Source: Octopus vulgaris
Taxonomy: Eukaryota
Length of the DNA stretch: 64,000 nt
Direction of reading: 5' to 3'
NCBI GenBank assembly: GCA_951406725.2
Contig: OX597836.1
Location: 35,960,001 to 36,024,000 of the forward strand
Numbering within the stretch: the stretch's first letter is position 1; each line of letters starts with the position of its first letter. The notes beneath the pieces are model-generated. The model was not told the DNA's origin, did not search any database, and worked only from the letters and a program-made list of their open reading frames with translations. The translations under genes were made by a program, and so were the position numbers. Shown here in pieces: positions 38,600 through 52,129 of the stretch.

Positions 38600-38850
38600 C
38601 CAGATATTCTGACCAGAAACACCAAAGCTTCGATAGAACTCTTGATATATCCCCATATTTACTTATGAGAAAATACAACTTCTACATGTGAATAATCTTC
38701 ACTCACAGTTTGCCTAGTAACATATAAATTCTCAATATCGTTCTTGCTGTGAAATGCTTTATGTATTGTGAATAGTTTTAATCGATTTCCCATGAAGTTT
38801 CTGGGATTTCTCTTTACTCCAGTTATTACCTGCATCATGCCCCAATAATT
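38600..38850 (-). pseudogene. R4/Dong-type LINE RT C-terminal remnant
   Basis: RLKLFTIHKAFHSKNDIENLYVTRQ resembles RKLLTMH..HPK.D..RLY..R..GGRGL. Confidence 0.6.
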
Positions 38851-38874
38851 CAATCATCTGTGTTGCTGATGAAG

Positions 38875-38925
<51 letters not shown>

Positions 38926-38932
38926 GTCGTCG

Positions 38933-39303
<371 letters not shown>

Positions 39304-39308
39304 TATTA

Positions 39309-39364
<56 letters not shown>

Positions 39365-39758
39365 GGTGCTTGTGTTTTTTAGGCAATTGCACTTGATTAC
39401 TGCCTCTATTAAGGATAGTCTTTTTACAACACAGGCTTTTGTTTACGCATTTTTCTGACAATTTTTTAATCATTTGCAACCCATTCTTTATTGTTCTAAT
39501 TATTTCTGTTCTCAGTTTTTGTTTTCTGACCTTTAATTTGTTAAAATAATTCGATTATTCTAAAGCTACCTTAATGTAGGTTAGTTCTGGTATAACAATC
39601 AGGAGATACGTCAGCTCCTGATTATACCTCAAGCAATATTCTTTCGATTAGAAGTGATAAACATGTTAATGTCTATTCATTTAGCTCTGGCTGCTTTTGC
39701 CAAGTCGTTTTCTGGTGTATGTTAACACTCTGTCTATAGAGTCACTAGTATATTGTTG

Positions 39759-39965
39759 TGTCGACGCCCCCAGACGATGAAGTAGGCTAGCCCAATACGT
39801 AGATACAAAGGGAGAAGTCCAGACGTCGGGAGTTGAGTAGATGTCATCCGAACGTACTGTTATATCGCACGTTCCGATGACTTCTACTCAACTCCCGACG
39901 TCTAGACTTCTTCCTCTATATCTACGTATTGGGCTAGTCTACTTCATCGACTGGGGGCGTCGACA
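39759..39965. repeat. Imperfect palindrome of about 205 bp (MITE-like foldback)
   Basis: Arms of about 97 bp (tgtcgacgccccca..gaacgt / acgttc..tgggggcgtcgaca) with roughly 9 mismatches. Confidence 0.9.
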
Positions 39966-40172
39966 AAACATTTATAAAGCTGGAATAATATCTAGCGTAT
40001 GAAATATCCGTCTCTGATAAATCTGGGAATGTTTTTTCGTGTGTGTTTCAGAGTGGGCAGTCAGAAAAAATGCGGAAAATTATTTCGTCTGAACTTCCGT
40101 AGATCGTGCAGCTCAATAAATGTCGAATGCATGGTTTGATAATTTCAGTTGCGATATATATATATTGCAACA

Positions 40173-40404
40173 AGGCGGCGAGCTGGTAGAAACGTTAGCA
40201 CGCCGGGCGAAATTCGTAGCCGTATTTCGTCTGTCGTTACGTTCCGAGTTCAAATTCCGCCGAGGTCGACTTTGCCTTTCATCCTTTCGGGGTCGATAAA
40301 TTAAGTACTAGTTACGCACTGGGGTCGATGTAGTCGACTTAATCCCTTTGTCTGTCCTTGTTTGTCCCCTCTGTGTTTAGTCCCTTGTGGGCAGTAAAGA
40401 AATA
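40173..40404 (+). mobile_element. SINE family A, full length, with a TSD
   Basis: TSD atatatatatattgcaaca on both sides. Confidence 0.93.
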
Positions 40405-40529
40405 TATATATATATATTGCAACATCCCTTAGAACAGTGAGTCCTACGACTATCAGCATTATATTGCATTAATTAATTATTAGCGGTTTGTTCACTTTTA
40501 CACATTGTCAAAGCAGAGATTTACTATTT

Positions 40530-41200
40530 GTCATCGCTTATTGCAATCATTAAACAATTCATGTTTTCAGACACCTCCAATTTCTTTCCAATAATTTTGG
40601 CTATTTTCCAACATTCGGATCCATAGAGGAGAATGACGCGAAGGAAATTGCTCTTGTAAAATCCTATCGTGTTGTTTTTGTTGAGTATTGATGATTTCCA
40701 TATTAAGTTTAGTAGGAGTGGCCGTGTGATAAGTAGCTTGCTTACCAACCACATGGTTCCGGGTTCAGTTCCACTGCGCGGCACATTGAGCAAGTGTCCT
40801 CTACTATAGCCTCGGGCCGACCGAAGCCTTGTGAGTGGATTTGGTAGACGGAAACTGAAAGAAGACTGTCGTATATATGTATATATATATATATATATGT
40901 ATTTGTGTGTATATATGTGTGTGTGTCTGTTTGTCCCCCAACATCGCTTGACAACCGATGCTAGTGTGTTTATGTCCCCGTAACTTAGCGGTTTAGCAAA
41001 AGAGACTGATAGAATAAGTATTAGGCTTACAAAGATTTTCCCGACTAAAAGGCGGTGCTCCAGCATGGCCACAGTCAATTGGCTGAAACAAAGGAAAGAG
41101 TATACGAAATGATTGCTTGGATTTGCTAATTCTTGTATTTATTTTAGGAATGCAATCTCCACCCACTGATACTTTGGTGATTTGATAGATAAACACGTCA
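40530..41200 (-). pseudogene. RTE-clade LINE RT remnant split by a SINE B
   Basis: GGDCIPKINTRISKSKQSFRIL | LNLIWKSSILNKNNTIGFYKSN..ILLYGSECW matches I..RI.KA..AF..L..IW....LLYG.E.W. Confidence 0.8.
40713..41100 (+). mobile_element. SINE family B
   Basis: Matches the family B consensus. Confidence 0.9.
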
Positions 41201-41490
41201 ACGATTGCCCATGGTGGGTCGTTAAAATCACATAGTCAGCATCTGTTATATGTTTACAAAGAATGTACATCGTGATCTCGTTGATTTTCAGACCTATGAT
41301 GTTGCCTGTTTGACTGTTTCAGATTTGTTTTGTAACTCTTGAGGCGTGTATGAGAACAAACGAATGTCGACTGCATAATATAAATCTTCTAGTTGAGTTG
41401 TATTCCATTCTATACCTCGTTTATATTCTTCTGTCGTTCTTTGTATCAACCAATTCAGTGCCAATGAAAATAAGATTTATATATATATAT

Positions 41491-41521
<31 letters not shown>

Positions 41522-42164
41522 GGAACAAACGGTAATCTTATGAATTTTATTAGCATATTTAAAGATGGATTTCTTGAAATGAAATTGGCAATTTTGAAAT
41601 ATCTTTGAAGCACAGAAGGATGCGACAAGTTTTAATATTGTGTATGTAAGCGCTTCCGTAGTTCAGTATTTCAAACTGACATGTTATAGCAAAGTCCTTA
41701 TACAAGACGTTTTCTTTTTATTTTTTAATTTTTTTGTAGTTTTGTTGGTTATTTCATGCACAATTTTGGGATTTAAGTTTCTTTGAAGTGTCCGTTTGCT
41801 CAAAAGGGTAGATATTCATCACCTGGAATATTTCTGAGAGATAAAAACCTTTTTTTAGTTGGACATACATTCGCACACGTTGAATTAAGTTTAATTCTGT
41901 TTGGCGGATGTGATTATCATTAGATTATGGGTATTTAATGCAGCAGAAAAAAACGTTTTCTTTCGCAGTTCAGGTTTACATTAATATTCAATTCCTTCCC
42001 ATTCTTTTTGATTTTTCCATCCAATTCTTTTTGATCTTCCTTCCCTTTCTTTTGGGCTTTCCCCTTTTCAATTATATGACACGTGTCACATTGAAGAGTT
42101 ACCTTTATTTTTTGGGGGGTTTTTTTCGATGAAAATTTCGCCTTTATCTTTGATGTTTTGTCAT

Positions 42165-42449
42165 CTTTCACTTGTCTCAGCCATTTGACTGTGGCTACGC
42201 TGGGACACCGCCTTGAACAAATCGACCCCGGGACTAATTTTTTTAAATCGTAGTAATTCTTCAATCGGTCTGTTTTGCCGAACTGTACGTTACGGGGACG
42301 TAAACATGTCAACACCGGTTGTCAAGCGCGGGTGAGTGAGAAACACAGATACAAAGATATATATATATATATATACACACACATGCATATGTATATATGT
42401 ATATGCATATATATATATATATATATATATATACTTATATATATATATA

Positions 42450-42492
<43 letters not shown>

Positions 42493-42757
42493 TATATATA
42501 TACATGTATATATATATGCATATATATGTATATAAGTATATATATTTAGGTATATATTTTCATGTGTATATATATGTGTGTATGTGTTTGTGTGTATGTA
42601 TATTTCAGCATGAGAGTTTAAGATAAGTGCTTTATCGTGACTAAGAGTTGTTTTCACTCTTATGTCTAGCAATACTGGTGCTAACTAGTACCCTTAGTCA
42701 CTTTAATGGCGTCTATAGTTCTGCTTTTCGTTTTCTATATTGTGAATAAGACACCTT

Positions 42758-42807
<50 letters not shown>

Positions 42808-42970
42808 CGACATGCGTCTTTTTATTTCCGTCTATCAAATCCATTCATAAGACTTTGCTCAGCCAGAGAATATAGTGGAAGTCACTTGTCCAAGTTGCCT
42901 TGCAGTGAGACTGAACCCAGAAAAAAATGCGGTTGGGAAGCAATCTTGTTACCACGCTGCCACGCCTGCT
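42165..42970 (-). mobile_element. Old SINE family B with a greatly expanded internal microsatellite region
   Basis: 3' part at 42165-42350 and 5' part at 42810-42970, separated by (TA)n, (TG)n and other DNA. May be two copies. Confidence 0.65.
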
Positions 42971-43140
42971 CCTTTATAAGCAATCTTTTATAATTTAGTG
43001 GTTGTCATCGAGTTATGATAATTTATCATTTCGTGATTGATGTTCAATTGGAAAGCAACCTTTAGCGGAATATGTGACGTTACAGCTTCTCGGCGTACAT
43101 AGGCAATGTGTGTGTGTGCACGCGTGTGAGTGTCTGCCTG

Positions 43141-43185
<45 letters not shown>

Positions 43186-43191
43186 TGTATG

Positions 43192-43226
<35 letters not shown>

Positions 43227-43244
43227 GGTGTATGTATTTATATG

Positions 43245-43278
<34 letters not shown>

Positions 43279-43337
43279 TGTATATATATATATATATGTA
43301 TAGTAAATATATATAGGGAGAGAGAGAGAGATCTATG

Positions 43338-43385
<48 letters not shown>

Positions 43386-43495
43386 CATATATACATATAT
43401 ATACATATATTTATATGTATATATTTACATATATACATATACATAGATATGCATACATATACATACACACACATATAAATATATATAAGTATATG

Positions 43496-43540
<45 letters not shown>

Positions 43541-44204
43541 ATTAGAGACGCAAATGAAGCTAACTCTGTAAAAAGAAAACTCAGCGCAATTATGCACCAT
43601 GTTAGAATGCTTAAGCAAATGACAATAAAGATTATAAATATATCGACAGGTGATTAGTTCCATTGTGTCACGTTGAATTTATTACAGTTCAATAATGCAG
43701 AAATAGATCAATTCACAAAAGCTTACACATAAATATAATAGGAAGAAATGAAAAGAGCATGTCTTAATAAAATTGATTTCATAGAATGTAATTTATATAT
43801 ATTCATATGCCATCTAAAACATGCAAGCCGTTATTGTATTATTGTATTATTGTAGGTGCAAATGAAATATTTCATTATATAACATTACATAAAAACAAAA
43901 ACATGAACATTCGCATAGACAAACATACACCGGTACAAAAAACACACACTCGGTGATACATGCATACATTACACACACACACATATTATATATATATATA
44001 TATATATATATACATACATATATATATATACATATAGCGGTTCGGCAAAAGAGACCGATAGAATAAATACTGGGCTTACAAAGAATAAGTCCCGGGATCG
44101 ACTTGCTCGACTAAAGGCGCTGCTCCAGCATGACCGCAGTATAATGATTGAAACAGGTAAAAAAAAAAAGAAAAGAAAATATATACATACATATATACAT
44201 ATAC

Positions 44205-44277
<73 letters not shown>

Positions 44278-44559
44278 GCGCAATGGACCAGTTTCTTCGC
44301 GTTGTTGTGTTTTCTCTTTGTTCATTCTTGAATTAACTACTTATACACATACTTACGTTGAAATGTAATATTTATACATACAGTAGATTCATTATAGGGC
44401 TTCTAGTTTTATTTGCCTGTGAATATTTGGCATGACGTTGGAAATAAAATATGCTATATTCTAGCCGGTGATATTACAAAAGGTTATGAAAAATATTTAT
44501 ACACACGCGAATATATCAGAACGGTATCGAAGACCTCGAGACATATGATTTCTCACTAA

Positions 44560-44947
44560 TACTCTTTTACTTATTTCAGTCATTTTGACTGTGGCCATGC
44601 TGGAGCACCGCCTTTAGTCGAGCAAATGGACCCCAGGACTTATTTTTTGTGAGCCTAGTACTTATTCTATCGGTCTCTTTTGCCGAACCGCTAAGTTAGG
44701 TGGGACGCAAACACACCACCATCGGTTGTCAAGCGATGTTGGGGGGACAAACACAGACACGCAAACACACACACACAAACACAGATATATATACACATAT
44801 ATACGACGAGCTTCTTTCAGTTGCTGTCTACCAAATCCACTCACAAGGCTTTGGTCGGCCCTAGGCTATAGTAGAAGACACCTGCTCTAGGTGCCACGCA
44901 GTGGGACTGAACCCAGAACCATGTGATTGGTAAGCAAGCTACTTACC
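44560..44947 (-). mobile_element. SINE family B
   Basis: Reverse complement of family B. Inverted relative to the 3' fragment at 44035-44160 and the copy at 46024-46470. Confidence 0.9.
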
Positions 44948-45282
44948 TTGTTTTACGACACGTGAAAAACAAATAAATAACGACATAGCAAATTTGTTTT
45001 GTATTTGATCGAAGTTCTATGATTGCAATGACACATGTGTCTGCATTTTTTAGATTTCTTGAGTTTAATAATAATTTGAAAATATAAAATGAAACTATAA
45101 AAGAAGAGATAAATCAGCGAACATTTGAGTTGTAGTATGACAAGAGTTATTATTAGTTTCTTTTTTTTTTTTTTTTGCTTTTTGAAAGAATCTAAATAAA
45201 ATTGTAATATACAAATTTATATACAATCGCAATTGTTTGGTAGTCACCATTCTGTTTGCTCTAGTATTTTAGCAACAGCAGT

Positions 45283-45668
45283 GGTGGAAGCACTCCGTCG
45301 GTAACGACGACGAGGGTTCTGGTTGATCCGATCAACAGAACAGCCTGCTCGTGAAATTAACGTGCAAGTGGCTGAGCACTCCACAGACACGTGTACCCTT
45401 AACGTAGTTCTCGGGGATATTCAGCGTGACACAGAGAGTGACAAGGCCGGCCCTTTGAAATACAGGTACAACAGAAACAGGAAGTAAGAGTGAGAGAAAG
45501 TTGTGGTGAAAGAGTACAGCAGGGATCACCACCATCTCCTGCCGGAGCCTCGTGGAGCTTTAGGTGTTTTCGCTCAATAAACACTCACAACGCCCGGTCT
45601 GGGAATCGAAACCGCGATCCTATGACTGCGAGTTCGCTGCCCTAACCACTGGGCCATTGCGCCTCCTA
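45283..45668 (-). mobile_element. tRNA-derived SINE family C, tail type 1, with a TSD
   Basis: Head ggaggcgcaatggcccagtggttaggg..ggtttcgattccc. TSD agcaacagcagt (45271-45282 / 45669-45680). Confidence 0.92.
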
Positions 45669-46023
45669 AGCAACAGCAGTAAGCACGAAAGTAAACGTAT
45701 GAGTAAGGGTGTTAAGTTCCGAATGTCTTAGCATGAACATGGTGTAACGAAGCAATGATTATACATTGAGGTTGTTCACCTATATTTTGTTTTCAACGGG
45801 CGAGAGCTTGTAGTTTATTAACAGGGCATAGTACTGGTAGCAAAATGAGATACGTCATTCTGGTATTAAAGGATACTGAACATTTTTGCTATATATAAAA
45901 TTATGCGTGAAGGAAGTTACGAGTTCGTGGTAAGTAATTTTTTTAATACTCATTAAAAAATATTAATTATCCGAAACTCTTGCACACACCCTACGCCGGA
46001 AAACATTTTTCCACAACAAATAT

Positions 46024-46470
46024 AAGGCGCAGGAGTGGCTGTGTGGTAAGAGTAGGCGCAGGAGTGGCTGTGTGGTAAGTAGCTTGCTAACCAACCACAT
46101 GGTTCCGGGTTCAGTCCAAATGTGTGGCATCTTGGGCAAGTGTCTTCTGTTATAGCCCCGGGCAGACCAATGCCTTGTGAGTGGATTTGGTAGACGGAAA
46201 CTGAAAGAAGCCTGTCGTATATATGTATATATATATATATATGTGTGTGTGTGTTTGTGTGTCTGTGTTTATCCCCCTAGCATTGCTTGACAACCGATGG
46301 TGGTGTGTTTACGTCCCCGTCACGTAGCGGTTCGGCAAAAAGAGACCGATAGAATAAGTACTAGGCTTACAAAGAATAAGTCCCGGGGTCGATTTGATCG
46401 ACTAAAGGCGGTGCTCCAGCATGGCCGCAGTCAAATGACTGAAACAAGTAAAAGAGTAAAGAGTAAAGAG
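46024..46470 (+). mobile_element. SINE family B with its first ~27 nt duplicated
   Basis: aggcgcaggagtggctgtgtggtaag occurs twice in tandem before the body. Confidence 0.92.
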
Positions 46471-47543
46471 TATATATATATATATATATGAATATTTATT
46501 ACATTGTTCCCAGTGGTCAAACTGTCCATATTTTGTCGACTTCAAGAAGCTGTAATGCAAAATCAAATCAACCACAACCGAGATTCATCGTGAAGTAGGA
46601 TTGACTCCCTAGCTTTGTTGATGATTCTGATACCAATAAATATAATCGTGGTGAATCATCTACAAAATTTACGTCATCCAGGAAGAGATATTTCGATACT
46701 GAACGTGATACATCCATGACATCTAACTCGTTGAAGTAACACAATGCCTTATTCTCGATGCCACGGAAATAGTATATTACTACGTCACTGTATTGCCATT
46801 GAACCAACCTTCTTGAACTTGTGCATCGTAATTATTGGTATAAAAATACGTCTACTAAATAACTACCTCAATGTTGGAAAGTATGATTGGGCTTCTCCTA
46901 GGACTTGAAGGAAAGAAAATCTTGTATTTTATTGAGCGAGATAAAGAGATGGATCGAAGTGGTTCACATGATATTATATCTTTCTATTTGTTGTAGCGCG
47001 CTTAACTCTTTCAATTTTGTTCCTATCACCGTATATTAAGTTGTTGGCGTTCTTTTATGTTTTCTTAATTGTGTTTGTATATTTGTAGGGCGACTTTTCC
47101 GCGGGGATGTGTTTGGTTCATATTTGTTCTTGAGAATATGTACCATAAGTGGTACTTCATTATGGTTCGTGAAACAGTTTAAAGATTCGAAAAAAGCTTA
47201 AAATGAAATTAAAACGATTCCAAAATCTTAGATTACGTATGTAATTCCTATATATCTTTTATCTATTACTTGCTTCAGACAACAGACAGCAGTCGGCAGT
47301 CAAGCATGCTGGGGCAGTCTTGAAGAGTATATAATCGAATATATCGAATCCAGTACTTTTTTTTATTTAAAACATGCTACTTATCTTATTGATCTCTTTT
47401 GCCGGACCGCTAGTTTACGGGGACATAAACACACAAGCACCACATTGTTGTCAAGCGTTGGAGCGGGTACAAACAGAGACAAACAAACCCACGTAGTTGG
47501 GAAGCAAGCCTCATACCACACAGCCACAACTGTCCTGTGCTCA

Positions 47544-47571
<28 letters not shown>

Positions 47572-47574
<3 letters not shown>

Positions 47575-47873
47575 CACGCTGACCGACCAGGCTATCAGAT
47601 GTTGCTACACATCGCTGGTCACAATGCGCTTCGCATTGTTTTTAGCCTTCAAATGGCGCCATCCCGCTGGCTAAGCGAGCAGGCCAACAGAAGAGAGAGT
47701 GAGAGAAAGTTGTGGCGAAAGAGTACAGCAGGGACCGCCACCACCCCCTACTGGAGCCTCGTGGAGCTTCTGGTGTTTTCGCTGAATAAACACTCACAAC
47801 CCCCGGTCTGGGAACCGAAACCTCGATCCTACAACCGCAAGTCCGCTGCCCTAACCACTGGGCCATTGCGCCT

Positions 47874-47875
<2 letters not shown>
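47572..47875 (-). mobile_element. SINE family C, tail type 2
   Basis: Homolog of 14452-14727. Lies between (TA)n and (CA)n. Confidence 0.9.
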
Positions 47876-47919
<44 letters not shown>

Positions 47920-49597
47920 GCACACACACACATATATATGATATATATATATATACACGAGTGTGGGATTGAACACGGAACTATATTGTTGTAAGCGAAA
48001 TTCCTAACCACACAGCCATGGCCATATATTCTTTATCTACGAACAATATATGTTCATTGCTGGAAAGCCTTCAATCATAGATCTTCAAGTTCATGTTGCG
48101 TAAAAACAACAACAACGCCACCAACAAAAGACATCTGACAATTAAGAGCCGCAACTTGGACAATAATAGCAAAGTTCTCAAATATATCTTACTAGTCTGG
48201 TTTGTGGTGTTGGCGGAATGATATGTAAATGACGCAGTTTCGATTTACTTTGTTCGGTCTAATATCATTGTTCCAACTAGGAAACAGAGAACAGCTATAT
48301 ATTTATAGCCAAGAGATATATTTTCAGATCATTGCATTAACTTACAGATCTCTGCAAAGAGACGGAAATATTTTGATAGAAATAGTGGACTGTAAATATA
48401 CACGGAAAATGGTTTTGCTATTTAGTCGCCATTGCTTTCGATTAATAAAATCGTTGCGATGCGTGTAGGTTCCTTCGAAAGTGTGATTTGAAACCTTCAT
48501 ATGAGGCATGATTTCTTTTTGCTATTTTGTTGTTCTATGCTCGTATTCCTGTTCATTAATATGTCTTATTTGATCTTTCTCTGGTCATCAATTTACCCCA
48601 TAAAGATCTTTAATTGTTTTTGCTGTTGTTAATTTCGTTATGATTCTTGTTTTACTGTTCCTTGTACACTTTGTAACAGTGTGGTAAGAAGCTTGCATTT
48701 GAGCTATACGGATCTGGATCCAGATTCACTGAGTGCCACATTGGCAAGTCTGCTAAGCCTGGGGCATACCAAAGCCGTGTGAGCCAAAGCCTTGTGTGTG
48801 GACGTAAAAGTGTTCAACTTTTGTCAAAGGACCTGTAAAAGAGATTCGTTTATACTGATCAAATGTATATGCTGTATATTAGCTTACCCTCTCAATCGAA
48901 TCGACATTGAACCTCAGGATTGCTACGTTATATTGGCAAATAGACTTTACTATCAAGTGCTGTTACTACATAGATCTCAATCAGAGCTTTAAAACTAAAG
49001 AGATCAGCGACTGAGAGTCACTTTGAATAGTATATATTGTGAGAAAGGCCATCTGGCTGTTATGTCTAGGCAGTTAGGTGCCCAGCACCGAGGAAGATAA
49101 AATTACCCAGAAACTATTGGTACTGCCAACAGCTAGAAGGGAACAGTGATTCCCCTTGCTCACAGTATGTCTAAGAGAGAGATCATGCGTCGATAAACGA
49201 GCTGGAAAAGATGTTTTCCTGGGGATAAAAAGTAGTAACATAGTTCTAATCAGGACTGCCACATTATGTTGACAAATAGACTTTACTACCCAGTACTATT
49301 ACTACATAGATCTCAAGCAGTGATTTAAAACTAGTTGTTTTGTCCATATATATATTTTTTCTTTTATTCTATTATTTGGTTTAGTCATTTGATTGAGTCC
49401 ACGCTGGAGAACAAACTTAAGGGGTAGAACAAATCAACCCCCAACACTTCGACATATTATTTGTAAGCCTAGCCTAGTACTTATTCTTTCGATCTCTTTG
49501 ACCGAACCGCTAAGTTAGAGGGACATAACACACCAGGATGGGGGGGGGGGCAATCACAGATACAAACACAAATACACACACACACATATATATACAT

Positions 49598-49648
<51 letters not shown>

Positions 49649-49692
49649 CATACATACATACATACATATACATACATATATATATATATATA

Positions 49693-49879
49693 GTGAATTC
49701 AAACATGAAAACACACAGAGAAAACACAACAACGCGAGGACGTGGAACAAGTATAGTATTATTGGACGCTCAGGAAAGAAGGAAAGAAGGAGGATTTAAC
49801 GTTTCGGGCGGAGCTCTTCGTCAGAAACATAGGAAAAGGAAAGATCCAGAGAAAAGAAAACGGAGGAAAAAATTCGCCA
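49693..49879 (-). mobile_element. Short PLE pseudo-LTR-like element with an HHR, nested in the microsatellite of a SINE B
   Basis: (TA)n on both sides. Shares the cgctcagga..acgtttcg layout with 1603-1800. SINE B halves lie at 49360-49570 and 50037-50100. Confidence 0.75.
49794..49828 (-). ncRNA. Minimal type-I hammerhead motif with a canonical core
   Basis: Minus strand: gttt CTGACGA a gagc tcc gccc GAAA c GTT aaat. Palindromic acgt stem III; one mismatch in stem II. Confidence 0.7.
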
Positions 49880-49896
49880 ACGGTAAACACGTGGTC

Positions 49897-50037
<141 letters not shown>

Positions 50038-50106
50038 ACAGGCTTCTTTCAGTTGCCGTCTACCAAATCCACTCACAAGGCTTGCTCGGCCTGAGGCTGT
50101 GGAGGA

Positions 50107-50575
50107 AGGCGGCAAGGTGGCAGAAATGTTAGCACGCCGGGCGAAAAGCTTAGCTGCATTTCGTCTGCCGTTACATTCTGAGTTCAAATTCCGACGAGGT
50201 CGACTTTGCCTTTCATCATTTCGGGGTCGATAAATTAAGTACCAGTTACGCACTGTCGTCCATGTAATCGACTTAATCTCTCTGTGTGTCCTTGTTTGTC
50301 CCCGCTATGTTTAACCCCTTGTGGGCATTAAAGAAATAAGAAACGTTAGCACGCCGGGTCATATGCTTATGTGTGTTTCGTCTGTCTTTACGTTCTGAGT
50401 TCAAATTCTGAGTTCAAATTCCGCCGAGGTCGACTTTGCCTTTCATCCTTTCGGGGTCGATAAATTAAGTATCAGTTATGCACTGGAGCCGATGTAATCG
50501 ACTTAATCTCTTTGTCTGTCCTTGTTTGTCCACTCTATGTTTTGCCCCTTATGGGCAATAAAGAAATAAGAAACA
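50107..50575 (+). mobile_element. SINE family A dimer
   Basis: Two units joined at aaagaaataa|gaaacgttagcacg. Confidence 0.9.
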
Positions 50576-50681
50576 TCGATTCCCAACCACCTGATCCGGA
50601 TCCAAGTGGCACTGCGTGACACCTTGGGAAAGTGTCTTCTTATTTCTTTATTGCCCATATGTATATATATATACATACATG

Positions 50682-50777
<96 letters not shown>

Positions 50778-50780
<3 letters not shown>

Positions 50781-50889
50781 GAGTAAACAAATAAATGTGA
50801 AACAAGGTGGAAAGAAGAGTACTCAAATACCAGTGGTAGAGTAATATGCTTTATTTAAAAGCAGCAGAAAATTCAACAAAATCTGTTAT
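50778..50889 (-). mobile_element. Truncated copy of the 27821-28049 element, next to (TA)n
   Basis: Near-identical to 27821-27930; stops just before the HHR core. Confidence 0.85.
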
Positions 50890-51713
50890 AGAAAATGGGA
50901 CAGTTTCATTTTGTAGCTTTTAATCTGTCTCTTCTTATCAAATGTTTTGTTTTTCTTTTTTTTCAAATGCCTCAGCCTCCACACATTTGTACGTCATCGC
51001 CGAAATTATGAGCAAACTGTTATAAATTTTCGAAGTGAAGGCTTGCAGTCTAAAGTGAATTTATTGCTATTCATATATTGTGCAACTGGATAATACAATG
51101 TCTGTAAAACCTATAAACATTGCAGGTGTTAGTAATACTGGAGAATGTTTAATAAAGCCAGATTTAAAAGAATAGTTACAAACTCTTATCAAAAGATTTC
51201 TTCTCTTCGGGATATAGGGATTTGTTTCTGCCTTCAACTATTTGATTACCGATATTATCACTTTCCACATGGCGTGACTAATGTGCATTTTTTTTATGTG
51301 GCTGTCTGGTAAAATACCTTACTCTCCTAGTTGTCTCTCTATACCTTCTGAGTTCTCATCTCACCATGATCAGTTTAGTCTCCTATAAATGTAGTCTCCC
51401 TCCACTCCGCTATCAATAAAATGATGAGCCCCTCAAGAACTACAATTGATAGCACTGGCCTTGTGACTAAATTACAAACAAACATATTAAGTTATGTTTT
51501 GTGGAGTCTTCAAGTTTCGAAGAGAGCGATTTCTTGCAAAGAGTTTTCGCTGTGGCCTTGCGGATTTTACATTTTCTCTTTTTGTCTATTATAATAGCGC
51601 AACTCCTAATTTTCTTCAGTTCCATACATCATTTTACAGCATGCTTCTTGTTCCTTCAGCAATATGGTAATTGCCTCGTTTCTGATGTTTAAACGAAATA
51701 TATTTTTATGTTA

Positions 51714-51903
51714 CGGAGATGTACTTGCATAGCGAGTGACTTGATCTGAGATCGTGTGCTGGAACGAAAACAATTGCAGCGTGGAAGGTGTTTATAAGCC
51801 ATTTAAGAAACACACAAAACCGTTAGATTCACTTCAACATTTTAATTTAATTTGTCAAAATATTTTCGTCGCTTTGAGACTGCGACCTGTTCACTGACAA
51901 AAC
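51714..51903 (-). mobile_element. Short pseudo-LTR-like element with a hammerhead-shaped three-way junction (variant core)
   Basis: Minus strand 51851-51901: tttgtca GTGAACAG gtcgc agtctcaaa gcgac GAAA atATT t tgacaaa. Confidence 0.55.
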
Positions 51904-52129
51904 TTCGGACTGCATCTCTTTTTTATGTTGTTTGTCAGAATGTTCTTGCATCTCTGCTTTCCACGGTCACTTGTACATCTGTGAATTGTCCTCATCACCA
52001 ATATTGTTTTACCATCCAACACCTAATTGTTTATTCTCTCTGGCTTATGTGTTCATTGAATGCAACAGTAATATATCTATGAGCACCGCTACATGTTGCA
52101 ACCCAAAAGTTGTCAATCTTTTCAATACC

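Noticed and set aside
40524-41078. 184-aa ORF ending in an RT-like peptide (similarly 57569-58153 and 47497-47994)
   Set aside because: Chance read-through of an antisense SINE into a LINE remnant or flanking DNA; not a gene.
45590-45668. tRNA-like sequence with A and B boxes (also the other SINE heads)
   Set aside because: No clean cloverleaf, and it continues into a SINE body with a TSD. It is a SINE head, not a tRNA gene.
46612-46738. Possible exon (..FVDDSDTNKYNRGESSTKFTSSRKRYFDTERDTSMTSNSL) between ccctag and gtaaca
   Set aside because: Weak splice signals, no recognisable homology and no partner exons. It needs RNA-seq.
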